The notes under the pieces: generated by a model | What the model saw: only the letters and a program-made list of their open reading frames with translations | The model's database searches: none | Told to the model about the DNA's origin: nothing | Origin: Verrucomicrobiales bacterium | GTDB lineage: Bacteria; Verrucomicrobiota; Verrucomicrobiia; Verrucomicrobiales; DEV007 | NCBI GenBank assembly: GCA_022361255.1 | Contig: JAKSBG010000475.1 | Span: forward strand, 1-61,245 | Direction: 5' to 3' | DNA: 61,245 bases | Program-made: the position numbers and the translations under genes | Part shown: positions 1-9,949 of the stretch, in pieces | Position numbering within the stretch: the stretch's first letter is position 1 | Layout: each line of letters opens with the position of its first letter

Positions 1-1
1 C

Positions 2-166
2 CAGGGGCTCGGGAAGTTCGTCTGGGACATGTATCAGAACGGAGACACGATGAGTACGGCCCAAATCATCGTTGCCGTCTTTGTGATCGGAGGAATCGGA
101 TTTCTTCTGGACCGGATCATGCTCGTATTTCAACGCCTCGTCACCTTTGAAGAGCAGAATATCTAG
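2..166 (+). CDS. Nitrate ABC transporter permease, 3' end only (truncated by window edge)
   Basis: Hand translation of frame 2 gives [54 protein letters not shown]. This is the typical NrtB/NtrB C-terminus (GLG.F.WD, IG.IGF.LDR). Two nitrate ABC ATPases follow. Confidence 0.85.
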   Translation, partial: QGLGKFVWDMYQNGDTMSTAQIIVAVFVIGGIGFLLDRIMLVFQRLVTFEEQNI

Positions 167-175
167 GGCGTAGAA

Positions 176-256
176 GAGGAGTAGAGAATCGGAGGAGTAA
201 AGAATCCTCAGCTACCGAACTTTCATCATTTTCTACTACATAACTACTCAACTCCT
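176..256. repeat. Tandem 15-mer pair plus downstream complementary tract (imperfect inverted repeat)
   Basis: GAGGAGTAGAGAATC (176-190) and GAGGAGTAAAGAATC (192-206). CTACTC (244-249) and ACTCCT (251-256) are reverse complements of GAGTAG and AGGAGT. Confidence 0.6.
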
Positions 257-262
257 AAAAAA

Positions 263-1165
263 ATGGCATACATCGAACTTAACAATGTGTCAGTTGGATT
301 CGGATCAGGAACCAACCGTTCTGAAGTCCTGAAAGACATTACTCTTCACGTCGAGAAAGGCGAATTTATTGCCATCCTCGGCTACTCCGGTGTCGGCAAG
401 TCGACGATCATGAATTTGATCGCCGGGCTTGTTCAGCCCGACCACGGGGAAGTGATCGTCGACGGGAAGAGAGTCGAAGGCCCCGGCCCGGATCGGGGGT
501 TGGTCTTTCAGAATTACTCCCTCCTTCCCTGGTTTGATGTCTATCGAAACGTCGCACTTGCGGTGGAGGAAGTTTTCCCCGGGGACAGCTCTGCTGAGAA
601 AGACGAAGCCATTCGCACGGCTCTCGACCGCGTGAATCTTTCCGACGCTCTTCACAAAAAGCCTGGCGAACTCTCCGGAGGCATGAGGCAGAGGAACTCT
701 GTCGCCCGAACACTGGCGATGAACCCTGCCGTGTTGCTTCTGGATGAACCACTCAGCGCACTTGATGCCCTGACCAGATCGGTCATTCAGGATCAGATAC
801 TCGGTATTTGGAAAGAACTCGATCAAACGATTCTTCTCATCACCAATGACGTCGATGAGGGCCTCTACATGGCAGATCGCGTCATTCCTCTCAGCGTCGG
901 TCCGCCGGCAACATTTGGTCCCGAAACGGTGGTAACGCACGAACGTCCCCGCGACCGGAAAGCCATCACTACCGGGAACGAATACCAGGGGCTGCGGCAG
1001 GAAGTGATCAATTTCCTTCTCAGTGAAAAAGAAAAAGAGCGAGCTGCTGCGAAAACGAAGCAGACCACGCTTCCTAACATCAAGCCAATGGACATCAGCC
1101 GTCACCGGCCAAGCTGGTTTGTTGGTCTCCGCCCTAAACAACGAAAGAACCTCAAATCTGCCTGA
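263..1165 (+). CDS. Nitrate ABC transporter ATP-binding protein (NrtC/D-like; H-loop His replaced by Asn)
   Basis: Walker A GYSGVGKST, Q-loop VFQNYSLLPW, signature LSGGMRQR, Walker B LLLDEP, ITNDVDE; nitrate operon context. Confidence 0.9.
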   Translation: MAYIELNNVSVGFGSGTNRSEVLKDITLHVEKGEFIAILGYSGVGKSTIMNLIAGLVQPDHGEVIVDGKRVEGPGPDRGLVFQNYSLLPWFDVYRNVALAVEEVFPGDSSAEKDEAIRTALDRVNLSDALHKKPGELSGGMRQRNSVARTLAMNPAVLLLDEPLSALDALTRSVIQDQILGIWKELDQTILLITNDVDEGLYMADRVIPLSVGPPATFGPETVVTHERPRDRKAITTGNEYQGLRQEVINFLLSEKEKERAAAKTKQTTLPNIKPMDISRHRPSWFVGLRPKQRKNLKSA

Positions 1166-1168
1166 ACC

Positions 1169-1960
1169 ATGGCCTATTTCGAAGCAATCAATCTTGGCAA
1201 AACGTATAAAACGCCGTCCGGAGATGCCGTCATTGTCGACGGTTTTGATCTCAACATGAAGAAGGGGGAGTTCGTCTGCGTTCTCGGTCACTCCGGCTGC
1301 GGCAAGTCGACCGTTCTTTCGATGGTCGCCGGTCTCAATGAAATTACCGAGGGCAGTGTTCTCCTCGACAACCGGGAAATCGAGGGTGCCGCGCCGGATC
1401 GCGGAGTGGTATTTCAGTCGCCCTGCCTCCTCCCCTGGATGACAACCCGGGAGAATGTCATGCTCGGAGTAGAGCAGGTTTACTACCACGCCACCGCTGA
1501 GGAAAGGGCGCAGATCGTCGAATACTACCTGGCCGCAGTGGACCTTTCTGAGGCAGCTGACAAACGACCTGCAGAACTTTCCGGAGGGATGCGGCAGCGC
1601 GTCGGGCTCGCGCGGGCGTTCGCACTTTCCCCGAAGATGCTGCTACTCGATGAGCCTTTCGGCATGTTGGATAAGCTTACCAAGTTTGAGCTTCAGCAGG
1701 TCCTCCTGGATCTCTGGAACCGGGAGCGCCTCACGGCAATGATGATTACTCACGATGTGGACGAAGCCATCTACCTCGCTGATCGCATCGTCATGATGAC
1801 GAATGGCCCGGCGGCCCGGGTCGGGGAAATCGTTACGATCGACTTTGAACGCCCCCGCGACAGGCGGGACATCATGGCTGATCCCCGCTACCTCGAATAC
1901 AGGGAGCAACTCATCAGCTTTCTCGAAGAGCGTGTGTATCAAATGGACAAAGCAGCCTGA
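1169..1960 (+). CDS. Nitrate ABC transporter ATP-binding protein (NrtD-like)
   Basis: [41 protein letters not shown]. Confidence 0.92.
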   Translation: MAYFEAINLGKTYKTPSGDAVIVDGFDLNMKKGEFVCVLGHSGCGKSTVLSMVAGLNEITEGSVLLDNREIEGAAPDRGVVFQSPCLLPWMTTRENVMLGVEQVYYHATAEERAQIVEYYLAAVDLSEAADKRPAELSGGMRQRVGLARAFALSPKMLLLDEPFGMLDKLTKFELQQVLLDLWNRERLTAMMITHDVDEAIYLADRIVMMTNGPAARVGEIVTIDFERPRDRRDIMADPRYLEYREQLISFLEERVYQMDKAA

Positions 1961-1966
1961 TCCGGA

Positions 1967-3718
1967 ATGATGAAAGCGTTGCCTGTAATTCCCCCTTCCG
2001 CTCCTTTTACGGAGGAACAGAAAATGTGGCTCAACGGCTACATTGCGGGTCTCATTTCGGAGGCCGATGAGTCTCCCGTTATCTCCAGCAAGCCGAAGGT
2101 CAGGGTTCCGGTCCTGTATGCCAGCCAATCGGGGAACAGCGAGGGGCTTGCCGAAGATTTCGCAGAACGCCTCTCCGGGAGTGGATTCGATGCTCCCTGT
2201 TTTTCCACGGAGGACCACGGAGATATTGACCTGACAAAGGAGAAGCACCTCCTTCTCATTTCCAGCACCTGGGGGGAAGGCGATCCGCCGGACAATGCGG
2301 TCGAGTTCTGGAAGACACTGGAGAGCAGTGATCATCCGCGCCTCGAAGAGCTTTCCTATTCCGTTCTCGCTCTCGGCGATTCCAACTATCTTGATTTCTG
2401 CAAACAGGGGAAGGCTTTCGACGCCCGTCTCGAACAACTGGGAGCAAAACGCATCGCTCCCCGCGTTGATTGTGATACCGATTTTGAGGAGCCGGCTGAG
2501 CAGTGGTTTTCCGCCGTGGTTGCGCAACTCGGGGGAGAGGAGGCAGGCCAGCCTGCCAGTGCAAGGCCCTCGTCCTCAACGGCAACGCCGGTTGGGTGGT
2601 CGAAGAAGAATCCGTTTCGCGCAAAACTGCTCGAGAACCGGAGGCTCAACGGCGAGACCTCCGATCGCGATACGAGGCACTTTGAATTTGATCTTACCGG
2701 GTCGGGATTGAGCTACGAAGTTGGTGATGTTCTGGGTGTCTATCCGAAAAACAACGCTGCACTGGTCGACGAGATGATTGAAAAACTCGGGTTTTCACCG
2801 GACGAGCCGGTGCCGACGTCTGACCGGGGAGAGCAAGCTCTTCGGGTGGCCCTGATTGAAGACTACGATATCACCACGCTGAGCGCAAAAGTGATCAAGG
2901 ACTGGGCAGAGCGGTCCTCTTCGGAATTTCTGAATGCACTTCTTAAGGAAGGAGACGACGAGCTTCTCAAGGACTACATCTGGGGGCGTGAGTTGATTGA
3001 TTTGGTCACGGATCATCCTGCGGAATGGAGCGGCGCCGGAGAATTTGTCAGCATCCTCCGAAAGTTGGGTCCGCGGCTCTACTCCATCAGTTCGAGTCCG
3101 GCAGCGCACCCTGATCAGGTTCACCTTTCTGTCGCCAAGGTGACCTACGAAACTCACGGGAGAATTCGCGAAGGGGTTTGTTCGACCTATCTGGCGGACC
3201 GGGTCAACGGCGACGGAACGGTTCCTGTTTTCTTTCAGCCTGCGGCCCATTTCAAGCTTCCGGCGGATCTCGCTACGGATGTCATTATGTGTGGGCCGGG
3301 AACCGGCATTGCTCCCTTCCGGGCATTTCTGGAAGAGCGGGAAGCCACAAAAGCTCCCGGCCGGAACTGGCTCTTCTTCGGAAACCCGCACGAGCAAACC
3401 GATTTTCTTTATCGCGAGCAACTTCTTGGTCAGCAGGAAAAAGGAATTCTTAACCGGCTCGATCTTGCCTGGTCACGGGACGGCGATAGCAAAGTCTACG
3501 TTCAGGACAAGATGAGGGAGAGTGGAGAGGAGCTCTGGAACTGGCTGAACGGTGGAGCTCATTTCTACGTCTGCGGCGATGCCAAGAGAATGGCAAAAGA
3601 CGTCGACGCTGCTCTGCATCATATCGCGGCGACACACGGGGGGCTCGGGGAGGACGGGGCAAAGGATTTTATCAATCAACTCAAGAAAGAAAAACGCTAC
3701 CAGCGTGACGTTTACTAA
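1967..3718 (+). CDS. CysJ-like diflavin (FMN/FAD) NADPH oxidoreductase, probable electron donor to NirA
   Basis: Flavodoxin motifs YASQSGNSE, STWGEGDPPDNA, LGDSNY; FAD motifs RLYSISS and GVCS; NADPH motifs GPGTGIAPFR and KVYVQD; C-terminal RYQRDVY. Start is 1967 or 1970. Confidence 0.9.
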   Translation: MMKALPVIPPSAPFTEEQKMWLNGYIAGLISEADESPVISSKPKVRVPVLYASQSGNSEGLAEDFAERLSGSGFDAPCFSTEDHGDIDLTKEKHLLLISSTWGEGDPPDNAVEFWKTLESSDHPRLEELSYSVLALGDSNYLDFCKQGKAFDARLEQLGAKRIAPRVDCDTDFEEPAEQWFSAVVAQLGGEEAGQPASARPSSSTATPVGWSKKNPFRAKLLENRRLNGETSDRDTRHFEFDLTGSGLSYEVGDVLGVYPKNNAALVDEMIEKLGFSPDEPVPTSDRGEQALRVALIEDYDITTLSAKVIKDWAERSSSEFLNALLKEGDDELLKDYIWGRELIDLVTDHPAEWSGAGEFVSILRKLGPRLYSISSSPAAHPDQVHLSVAKVTYETHGRIREGVCSTYLADRVNGDGTVPVFFQPAAHFKLPADLATDVIMCGPGTGIAPFRAFLEEREATKAPGRNWLFFGNPHEQTDFLYREQLLGQQEKGILNRLDLAWSRDGDSKVYVQDKMRESGEELWNWLNGGAHFYVCGDAKRMAKDVDAALHHIAATHGGLGEDGAKDFINQLKKEKRYQRDVY

Positions 3719-5433
3719 TGAGCACACTTCCTAAAGAAATCGCGGGCGCTCCGCTTTCCTCGGAGCAGACCCAATACCTGGACGGCTTTTTTCAGGGCAT
3801 GAAAAATCGCGGGCTTTCATTCTCTGATGCAGCTCCGGAAGACGGTCCGAAACCGAAGAAGAAGAAGCTTACTCCCGAAGAACAGATCAAGCAGGCGAAG
3901 GATCCTTTTGACGGCCTTGCCGATATCCGGGCTAAGGCAAAAAACAACGAGGCGCCCGGGAAGGAGGACATCTTCCGCTTTAAGTGGAACGGACTTTTCT
4001 GGCTCGCACCGGTCCACGAGGGATACATGTGTCGTCTCCGGATCCCAGGAGGAGTGGTATCCACGACTCAGTTCCGTGAGCTTGCATCCATCGCCGATGA
4101 TATTGCGAGTGGATATCTGCAGCTCACGACGCGAAACAATGTCCAGATCCGAATTATTCAGCCGAAAGATACCCTGGAGCTGTTGCAACGGGTCGAGGCC
4201 TGCGGTTTGAAGACTCGCGGATCAGGTGCCGACAATCTTCGCAATTTTACGGCGACTCCTACCTCCGGAATTGATCCGTATGAACTCATCGATGTGATGC
4301 CATTCATCGATGATCTGGCTCACCTCGTTCAGAATTCCGCTGAGTTTTACGACCTGCCCCGCAAGTTCAATATCTCCTTCGACAGTGGAGGGATCATCGG
4401 GGTTGCCGAGGACACCAACGACATCGGAATGCGGGCGGTGAAAATGGGAGGCGAAGTTTTCTTTCGAATCCTTCTCGGTGGCGTTACCGGTCACGGAGAG
4501 TTCGCGGAAGATGCCGGTTTTCTCTGCAAACCGGATGATGCCGTGGATGTCTGCGCGGCACTGACCCGAGTCTGGATGCAGAACGGAAGCCGGAACAACC
4601 GGGGAAAAGCGCGGATGATCTATCTCATCAAGGAATGGGGTTACGCGAAATACATGGAGGAAACGCAGAAGCTGCTCGGATTTGATCTCATTCCCTTCAA
4701 CGAGAGCGACCTCGACGAAATCAAAAAGCCGGTCGAACCCCATCCGCAGATTGGCTCCTATCCGCAAAAGCAGGACGGCCTGAACTACCTTGGCGTTTAC
4801 ACGCCGGTTGGACTCCTGCCCACAGCTGAGGCGAGGGCGATCGCGGAGATCGCCGACCAATTCGGTAGCGGCGAACTGCGGCTGACGATTTTTCAGAATC
4901 TGCTCATCCCGAATATTCCCGATGACCGGCTGGATGCCGCAAAGGCTGCTCTCGATGCAGCGGGAATCAAATACGAAGCGAGTTTTCTCCGGGGCGGAGC
5001 AGCCGCCTGCACCGGCAACAAGTATTGCAAATACGCCAGTTCCAATACCAAAGACAACACCCTCGATCTGATCGACTATCTTGAATCGAAAATCACTCTC
5101 GATCAGCCGATTAATATTCACACGACCGGATGTCCTCATTCCTGCGCCCAACACTACATCGGTGATCTTGGTCTGCTCGCGTGCAAAGTGAAAATCGAGG
5201 GGCAGGAGAAACCGGTCGAGGGATACCACGTCTTTGTCGGCGGAGGGTTTGGAGCGGAGAAGAAACGACTCGGCCGGCAACTCCTCAAAAGCATTCCTGC
5301 CGGACCGGTCCTGCATGAAAAGATTGAAGCCCTTCTTCTCGGGTATCTTGAGAAACGGATGCCCGGGGAGACTTTTCTCGATTTCACGACCCGTCATTCC
5401 ATTGAAGAACTGGAGGCGCTTGTCGCAGCATGA
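3718..5433 (+). CDS. nirA: Siroheme/[4Fe-4S] nitrite reductase, NirA family
   Basis: FRFKWNGLF, RLRIPGG, LTTRNNVQ, LPRKFN; siroheme/Fe-S Cys motifs CTGNKYC and TGCPHSCAQ. TAATG overlap with the upstream gene. Confidence 0.88.
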   Translation: MSTLPKEIAGAPLSSEQTQYLDGFFQGMKNRGLSFSDAAPEDGPKPKKKKLTPEEQIKQAKDPFDGLADIRAKAKNNEAPGKEDIFRFKWNGLFWLAPVHEGYMCRLRIPGGVVSTTQFRELASIADDIASGYLQLTTRNNVQIRIIQPKDTLELLQRVEACGLKTRGSGADNLRNFTATPTSGIDPYELIDVMPFIDDLAHLVQNSAEFYDLPRKFNISFDSGGIIGVAEDTNDIGMRAVKMGGEVFFRILLGGVTGHGEFAEDAGFLCKPDDAVDVCAALTRVWMQNGSRNNRGKARMIYLIKEWGYAKYMEETQKLLGFDLIPFNESDLDEIKKPVEPHPQIGSYPQKQDGLNYLGVYTPVGLLPTAEARAIAEIADQFGSGELRLTIFQNLLIPNIPDDRLDAAKAALDAAGIKYEASFLRGGAAACTGNKYCKYASSNTKDNTLDLIDYLESKITLDQPINIHTTGCPHSCAQHYIGDLGLLACKVKIEGQEKPVEGYHVFVGGGFGAEKKRLGRQLLKSIPAGPVLHEKIEALLLGYLEKRMPGETFLDFTTRHSIEELEALVAA

Positions 5434-6938
5434 AGCTGGTCTCTGCAGAAAACCTGATCGATGAACTACTCGCCGAGCAGCAGTCGCTCACGGCTGTGGA
5501 AAGGTTTTCTCAGTTCCATGAAAACGAGACGACGCCACTTCTTGAGAAACGATACCGGAATCTGATTCCGTTTTCCCGACCGGGAGAAGGGGAGCAGTAC
5601 AGTTTCGAAGTCGACCTCGATGCCTGTAGCGGCTGCAAAGCCTGCGTGACGGCATGTCACAGTCTCAATGGATTGGATGAAGGGGAATCCTGGCGGGATG
5701 TGGGAGCACTTGTCTCACTCGATGAAGATTCGTCCTCTCAGCAAACCGTCACCACCGCATGTCATCATTGTGCGGATCCGGCCTGTGCAAACGGTTGCCC
5801 GACGCTGGCCTACGAGAAGGATTCGGAAACAGGTATCGTGCGCCATCTCGACGATCAGTGTATCGGGTGCCAGTACTGCACGATGACCTGCCCCTACGAT
5901 GTGCCGAAATACAATGACGCGCTGGGCATTGTCAGGAAATGCGATATGTGCCAGTCGCGTCTCAGGGACGGTGAAGCTCCGGCCTGTGTCCAGGCCTGTC
6001 CGAATGAAGCCATTAAAATTCGCATCGTTCCCGTCGAGGAAGTGAAGAGCCGACCGGTCAATGGAAGTTCCATCCTTCCCGGAACGGCACCGTCCCGGAT
6101 TACAAAGCCCAGCACCACCTTTCTGAATTTATACAATCCGGGAAAAGGAAGAATTGTTCCCGCAGACCATGATTCTCTCAAGCCGGCCCACGCACATTTC
6201 CCTCTTGTTGCTATGTTAGTCATGACGCAGGCCGCATCGGGAGTTCTTCTTTTTGATGCCATAGCCGGGCCCGGTCGGTGGCATACCGTGATGGGGGCTT
6301 TTCTCGCCGTGGCCGGACTTGCGGCGGCAACACTTCATCTCGGGCGACCGCTTCAGGCGTGGCGCAGCTTTCTTGGATGGAGAAAATCCTGGCTGAGCCG
6401 GGAGATTCTAGTTTTCGGACCCTGGGCAGGGCTTGCTCTGATTGCGGCCGTGACGCCCTTTTTACCTGTTCCTCCTGTGTTTGGGGATTTCGCGATTTGG
6501 GGTGCGGCAACATTGGGAATCATCGGAGTGTTCTGCTCTGTCATGGTCTATGCTTTTACGCAGCGCCCCTTCTGGAACCTGACCCAAACCGGAACCCGGT
6601 TCGGGCTAACTCTGCTGGCAGCAGGAAGTCTTTTTACCTTTCCTGTGCTGAGTGTGGTGGCTATGTTAGGAAAAATGGCGGCAGAGTGGTATGTCAGTCG
6701 TCCTGACACATCGCCTTTTCCGTTTTCAGCCCGCCTCATCCGGGGGGCGCTTCAGAGTTTCTGGAAGGCGCGGCTTGTGACGGGCGCAGTGGCGTTGTTG
6801 CTTGCGGCGACTTCTCTGGTGATTCCCGTTGTCGCTTTTCCGGCCTTCGGATTCGTCCTTCTCTCGGAGTTCCTTTCGAGGGTGATTTATTTTCAGGCCG
6901 TCGAAGAACCGCACATGCCGGGAGGTGCCGCGTCATGA
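5430..6938 (+). CDS. Fusion of a DmsB/NrfC-type four-cluster Fe-S domain and a DmsC/YnfH-type membrane anchor
   Basis: Cys motifs [42 protein letters not shown]...PACVQACP. The hydrophobic C-terminal half carries HLGRP..AW and SWLSREI (DmsC/NrfD superfamily). Confidence 0.88.
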   Translation: MKLVSAENLIDELLAEQQSLTAVERFSQFHENETTPLLEKRYRNLIPFSRPGEGEQYSFEVDLDACSGCKACVTACHSLNGLDEGESWRDVGALVSLDEDSSSQQTVTTACHHCADPACANGCPTLAYEKDSETGIVRHLDDQCIGCQYCTMTCPYDVPKYNDALGIVRKCDMCQSRLRDGEAPACVQACPNEAIKIRIVPVEEVKSRPVNGSSILPGTAPSRITKPSTTFLNLYNPGKGRIVPADHDSLKPAHAHFPLVAMLVMTQAASGVLLFDAIAGPGRWHTVMGAFLAVAGLAAATLHLGRPLQAWRSFLGWRKSWLSREILVFGPWAGLALIAAVTPFLPVPPVFGDFAIWGAATLGIIGVFCSVMVYAFTQRPFWNLTQTGTRFGLTLLAAGSLFTFPVLSVVAMLGKMAAEWYVSRPDTSPFPFSARLIRGALQSFWKARLVTGAVALLLAATSLVIPVVAFPAFGFVLLSEFLSRVIYFQAVEEPHMPGGAAS

Positions 6939-9148
6939 CCACGTTTTCGAGGGCTTCAGCGGAAATTGCAAAACGGGTACGGGCCTTTGACGGTCCGCTG
7001 ACAGAGCAACTCGTTCGGCAGCCGGGATCGTTCGGTCTCGGGCAGGTTCCTGTGAGCAGGGTTCCGAACGCCACGACAACGTCGGTCTGTGGATTCTGTG
7101 CCACCGGATGCTCGTTGAACCTTCATCTCCGGGATGGAAAAGCGACGAATCTGACCCCGAACGTTGATTATCCGGTCAATCTCGGAATGGCCTGTCCGAA
7201 AGGTTGGGAGGCACTTGCTCCGCTCGATGCCACGAACCGGGGGACGACACCTCTTCTCCGTTTGGCAAAAGGGGAGCAAAGGCAGGCTGTCAACTGGCAT
7301 CAGGCGGCGGAAACCTTTCGCAACCGGATGAAACCGATTATCGAAAAGCATGGTCTGGAATCGGTCGCTTTTCTCAGCACCGGTCAGATCTGCACCGAGG
7401 AAATGGCCTACCTGGGTTCCTTTGCCAAATTCGGTATGGGAATTCGGCATGGAGACGGAAACACGCGGCAATGCATGGCCACGGCAGTCCGTGCCTACAA
7501 AGAATCGTTCGGCTTCGATGCTCCACCCTACAGCTATGCCGATTTCGAGGAGTCAGATGTGATTGTTTTGATAGGGTCCAATCTCTGCATTGCCCACCCC
7601 ATCATGTGGCAGCGGATCTTGCAGAATAAACGAAACCCGGAAATTGTTGTCATCGACCCCCGTCGCACCGAGACCGCGATGCAGGCGACGCGCCACCTTC
7701 CGATTCGTCCGAAGTCCGACCTCTACTTCTTCCAGGCCATTGCAGCAGAACTGATCCGGAGAAATCTGATCGATCGCAAATTCATTCAGGAACGCTGCGA
7801 TCACTTTGACTCGTTCGAAAGAGAGATGGAAAAAGTTCCTCTTGCTGCGGCATCCGCCGCGAGCGGAATTCCGGAAGAGGAAATTATCCGGTTCGTCGAA
7901 CTCATCGGAAGCGGAAAGCGAGTCTCCTTCTGGTGGACAATGGGGGTGAATCAAAGTCACGAAGCGACCCGCACCGCTCAGGCGATCATCAATCTCGCCC
8001 TGATGACCGGAAACATCGGCAAGCCGGGAACCGGGGCAAATTCGATCACTGGCCAGTGCAATGCGATGGGATCACGCCTGTTCAGCAATACGACGAATCT
8101 TCTGGGAGGTCACGACTTCGAAAATCCGGCACACCGGCGGAAGGTGGCGAATGCTCTTGCGATTCCGGAGGAACGAATTCCTACACAAAACAGCCTGCCC
8201 TATCACGAAATCATCGATGGAGTTCGAAAGGGGAAAATCAAAGGGCTGTGGATCATTGCCACCAATCCTGCCCATTCCTGGATTGGTCGGGATGATTTTG
8301 AAGAAGTCATGGCCAAGCTCGATTTTCTGGTGGTTCAAGACATGTATTCTGACACGGAGACTGCCGCTCTCGCCGATCTCTACCTCCCGGCCGCAGCATG
8401 GGGGGAAAAGGAGGGGACAGTAATCAATTCGGAGCGCCGTATCGGAATCGTGAAACGGGTGGCAGCAGCGCCGGGAGTTGCTCTGAGCGATTTTTCCATC
8501 TTTCGCCTCCTGGCGCATAGTTGGGGTTGTGAGGAAATGTTTGAAAACTGGACTTCACCCGAGGCAGTCTTTTCGATTCTCCAAAAAGTAAGCCGGGGAC
8601 AACCCTGTGATATTTCCGGAATCGACGGATACCGTCAGATCGATGAAGAAGGAGGAGTGCAATGGCCGTGCCCTCGCGGAAACACTCCTCCGGGGCGCGA
8701 GAGGCGACTTTTTGAAGACGGGAAGTTTTTTACCAAATCCGGGCGGGCGAAGTTCGTCTTTGATCAGGTCACTCCGGATCCCGAACCGCCCTGTGGGGAC
8801 TACCCGCTTCGTCTTCTCACAGGTCGCGGCAGCTCGGCGCAGTGGCACACGCAAACGAGAACGCGGAATTCCGGAGTTCTTCGCAAGCTCGGGCCGAAAG
8901 AAAACCACATGGAGATTCATCCTTCCGATGCCGGATCGCTGGGCATCTACCCGGGACAGATTGTCGACATTTCCTCCCGGCGTGGAACCATTTCAATCCG
9001 GGCTTTCATCACCCCGACGGTTCCGGAAGGCAGCGTGTTCATCCCGATGCACGAAAAGGAGACCAATCGGCTCACCAAGGCCGTTTTTGATCCTCATTCT
9101 CATCAGCCGGGTTACAAGAGTTGCGCGGTGAAGGTTGCGGGAAAATGA
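6935..9148 (+). CDS. Molybdopterin (Mo-bisPGD) nitrate reductase catalytic subunit, assimilatory NasA/NarB-like
   Basis: CGFCATGC...CPKG [4Fe-4S] motif, NTRQCMA (Cys Mo ligand), [24 protein letters not shown]....[15 protein letters not shown]. No twin-arginine leader. Confidence 0.88.
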   Translation: MTTFSRASAEIAKRVRAFDGPLTEQLVRQPGSFGLGQVPVSRVPNATTTSVCGFCATGCSLNLHLRDGKATNLTPNVDYPVNLGMACPKGWEALAPLDATNRGTTPLLRLAKGEQRQAVNWHQAAETFRNRMKPIIEKHGLESVAFLSTGQICTEEMAYLGSFAKFGMGIRHGDGNTRQCMATAVRAYKESFGFDAPPYSYADFEESDVIVLIGSNLCIAHPIMWQRILQNKRNPEIVVIDPRRTETAMQATRHLPIRPKSDLYFFQAIAAELIRRNLIDRKFIQERCDHFDSFEREMEKVPLAAASAASGIPEEEIIRFVELIGSGKRVSFWWTMGVNQSHEATRTAQAIINLALMTGNIGKPGTGANSITGQCNAMGSRLFSNTTNLLGGHDFENPAHRRKVANALAIPEERIPTQNSLPYHEIIDGVRKGKIKGLWIIATNPAHSWIGRDDFEEVMAKLDFLVVQDMYSDTETAALADLYLPAAAWGEKEGTVINSERRIGIVKRVAAAPGVALSDFSIFRLLAHSWGCEEMFENWTSPEAVFSILQKVSRGQPCDISGIDGYRQIDEEGGVQWPCPRGNTPPGRERRLFEDGKFFTKSGRAKFVFDQVTPDPEPPCGDYPLRLLTGRGSSAQWHTQTRTRNSGVLRKLGPKENHMEIHPSDAGSLGIYPGQIVDISSRRGTISIRAFITPTVPEGSVFIPMHEKETNRLTKAVFDPHSHQPGYKSCAVKVAGK

Positions 9149-9174
9149 TCCAGGTCCGCGAGATCAAAACCAAG

Positions 9175-9867
9175 TTATACCGTCCGCCCCGCTACCACCG
9201 CTTTCGCGACGACGAGATCTCCCGGAACGGTGATCTTGGTATTCGGCTCTTTGTTTTCCACGAGGGAAACGGATCTGCCGATCGATTCGATGGCGGAAAC
9301 TTCATCGGTTACGAGTTTGCCTGTTTCGAGAACCGCTGCGTAGGCCTGCCGCAGTAGAGTAACGTCAAAAATCTGAGGCGTTTCCATCGCCCAGAGATTC
9401 TCCCGGGATACGGAATCGCAGACTTCATTGGAATCATTCCCGCGCTTCAAGGTGTCTGCGACGCGATGGGCGAGAGTGGCGGCACCGGTCTGTTCGGCGA
9501 CTTCGGCACACTGGGAGATCGCTTCCGGCGTGATCAGCGGGCGCGCTCCATCGTGAACGGCGACGAGCTTGCAAGTCTCACCGACCCGGTCGAGGCCGGC
9601 GGAGACGGATAGATGTCGCTCTGCTCCCCCTTCAACGCATTCGACGAACTTGGAAATCCGGAGCCGGTCCACGGCTTCAAGAATGTCGTTGTTTTTCTCC
9701 GGGTTTGTCACGACCCGGATCTCGGAGACATCGGGACAGGCCTGAAACGCGAGGAGGGACCGAACCAGAACCGTCTCACCGTTGAGGTCGGCGAGCAGTT
9801 TGTCGAACCCCATTCGGCGACTGCTGCCTGCAGCGACGATGACGGCGGATACGGGCCCCACGCTCAT
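9175..9867 (-). CDS. ispD: 2-C-methyl-D-erythritol 4-phosphate cytidylyltransferase
   Basis: AAGSSRRMG.DK, GGAERH.SV, VAVHDGARP, ETPQIF, TDE, NTKIT.PGDL. Confidence 0.93.
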   Translation of the reverse strand: MSVGPVSAVIVAAGSSRRMGFDKLLADLNGETVLVRSLLAFQACPDVSEIRVVTNPEKNNDILEAVDRLRISKFVECVEGGAERHLSVSAGLDRVGETCKLVAVHDGARPLITPEAISQCAEVAEQTGAATLAHRVADTLKRGNDSNEVCDSVSRENLWAMETPQIFDVTLLRQAYAAVLETGKLVTDEVSAIESIGRSVSLVENKEPNTKITVPGDLVVAKAVVAGRTV

Positions 9868-9869
9868 TT

Positions 9870-9946
9870 TCCTTTTCTGTATTTTTTCCTTTTCTATCGG
9901 TGATGGCTGCCCCGGAAAAAGAAAAGGATTGGGAAAATGAAAAGGA
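9870..9946. repeat. Doubled inverted 8-mer (TCCTTTTC x2 / GAAAAGGA x2) overlapping the ispD ribosome-binding site
   Basis: TCCTTTTC at 9870-9877 and 9887-9894; GAAAAGGA at 9921-9928 and 9939-9946. Confidence 0.6.
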
Positions 9947-9949
9947 GTT

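Noticed and set aside
305-2527. Long minus-strand ORFs (394 aa, 294 aa) opposite the ABC ATPases, and similar antisense ORFs across the window (e.g. 19521-20876, 25974-27020, 29075-30322, 53888-55195)
   Set aside because: They are shadow frames of well-supported genes with no recognisable motifs, as expected in GC-rich coding DNA.
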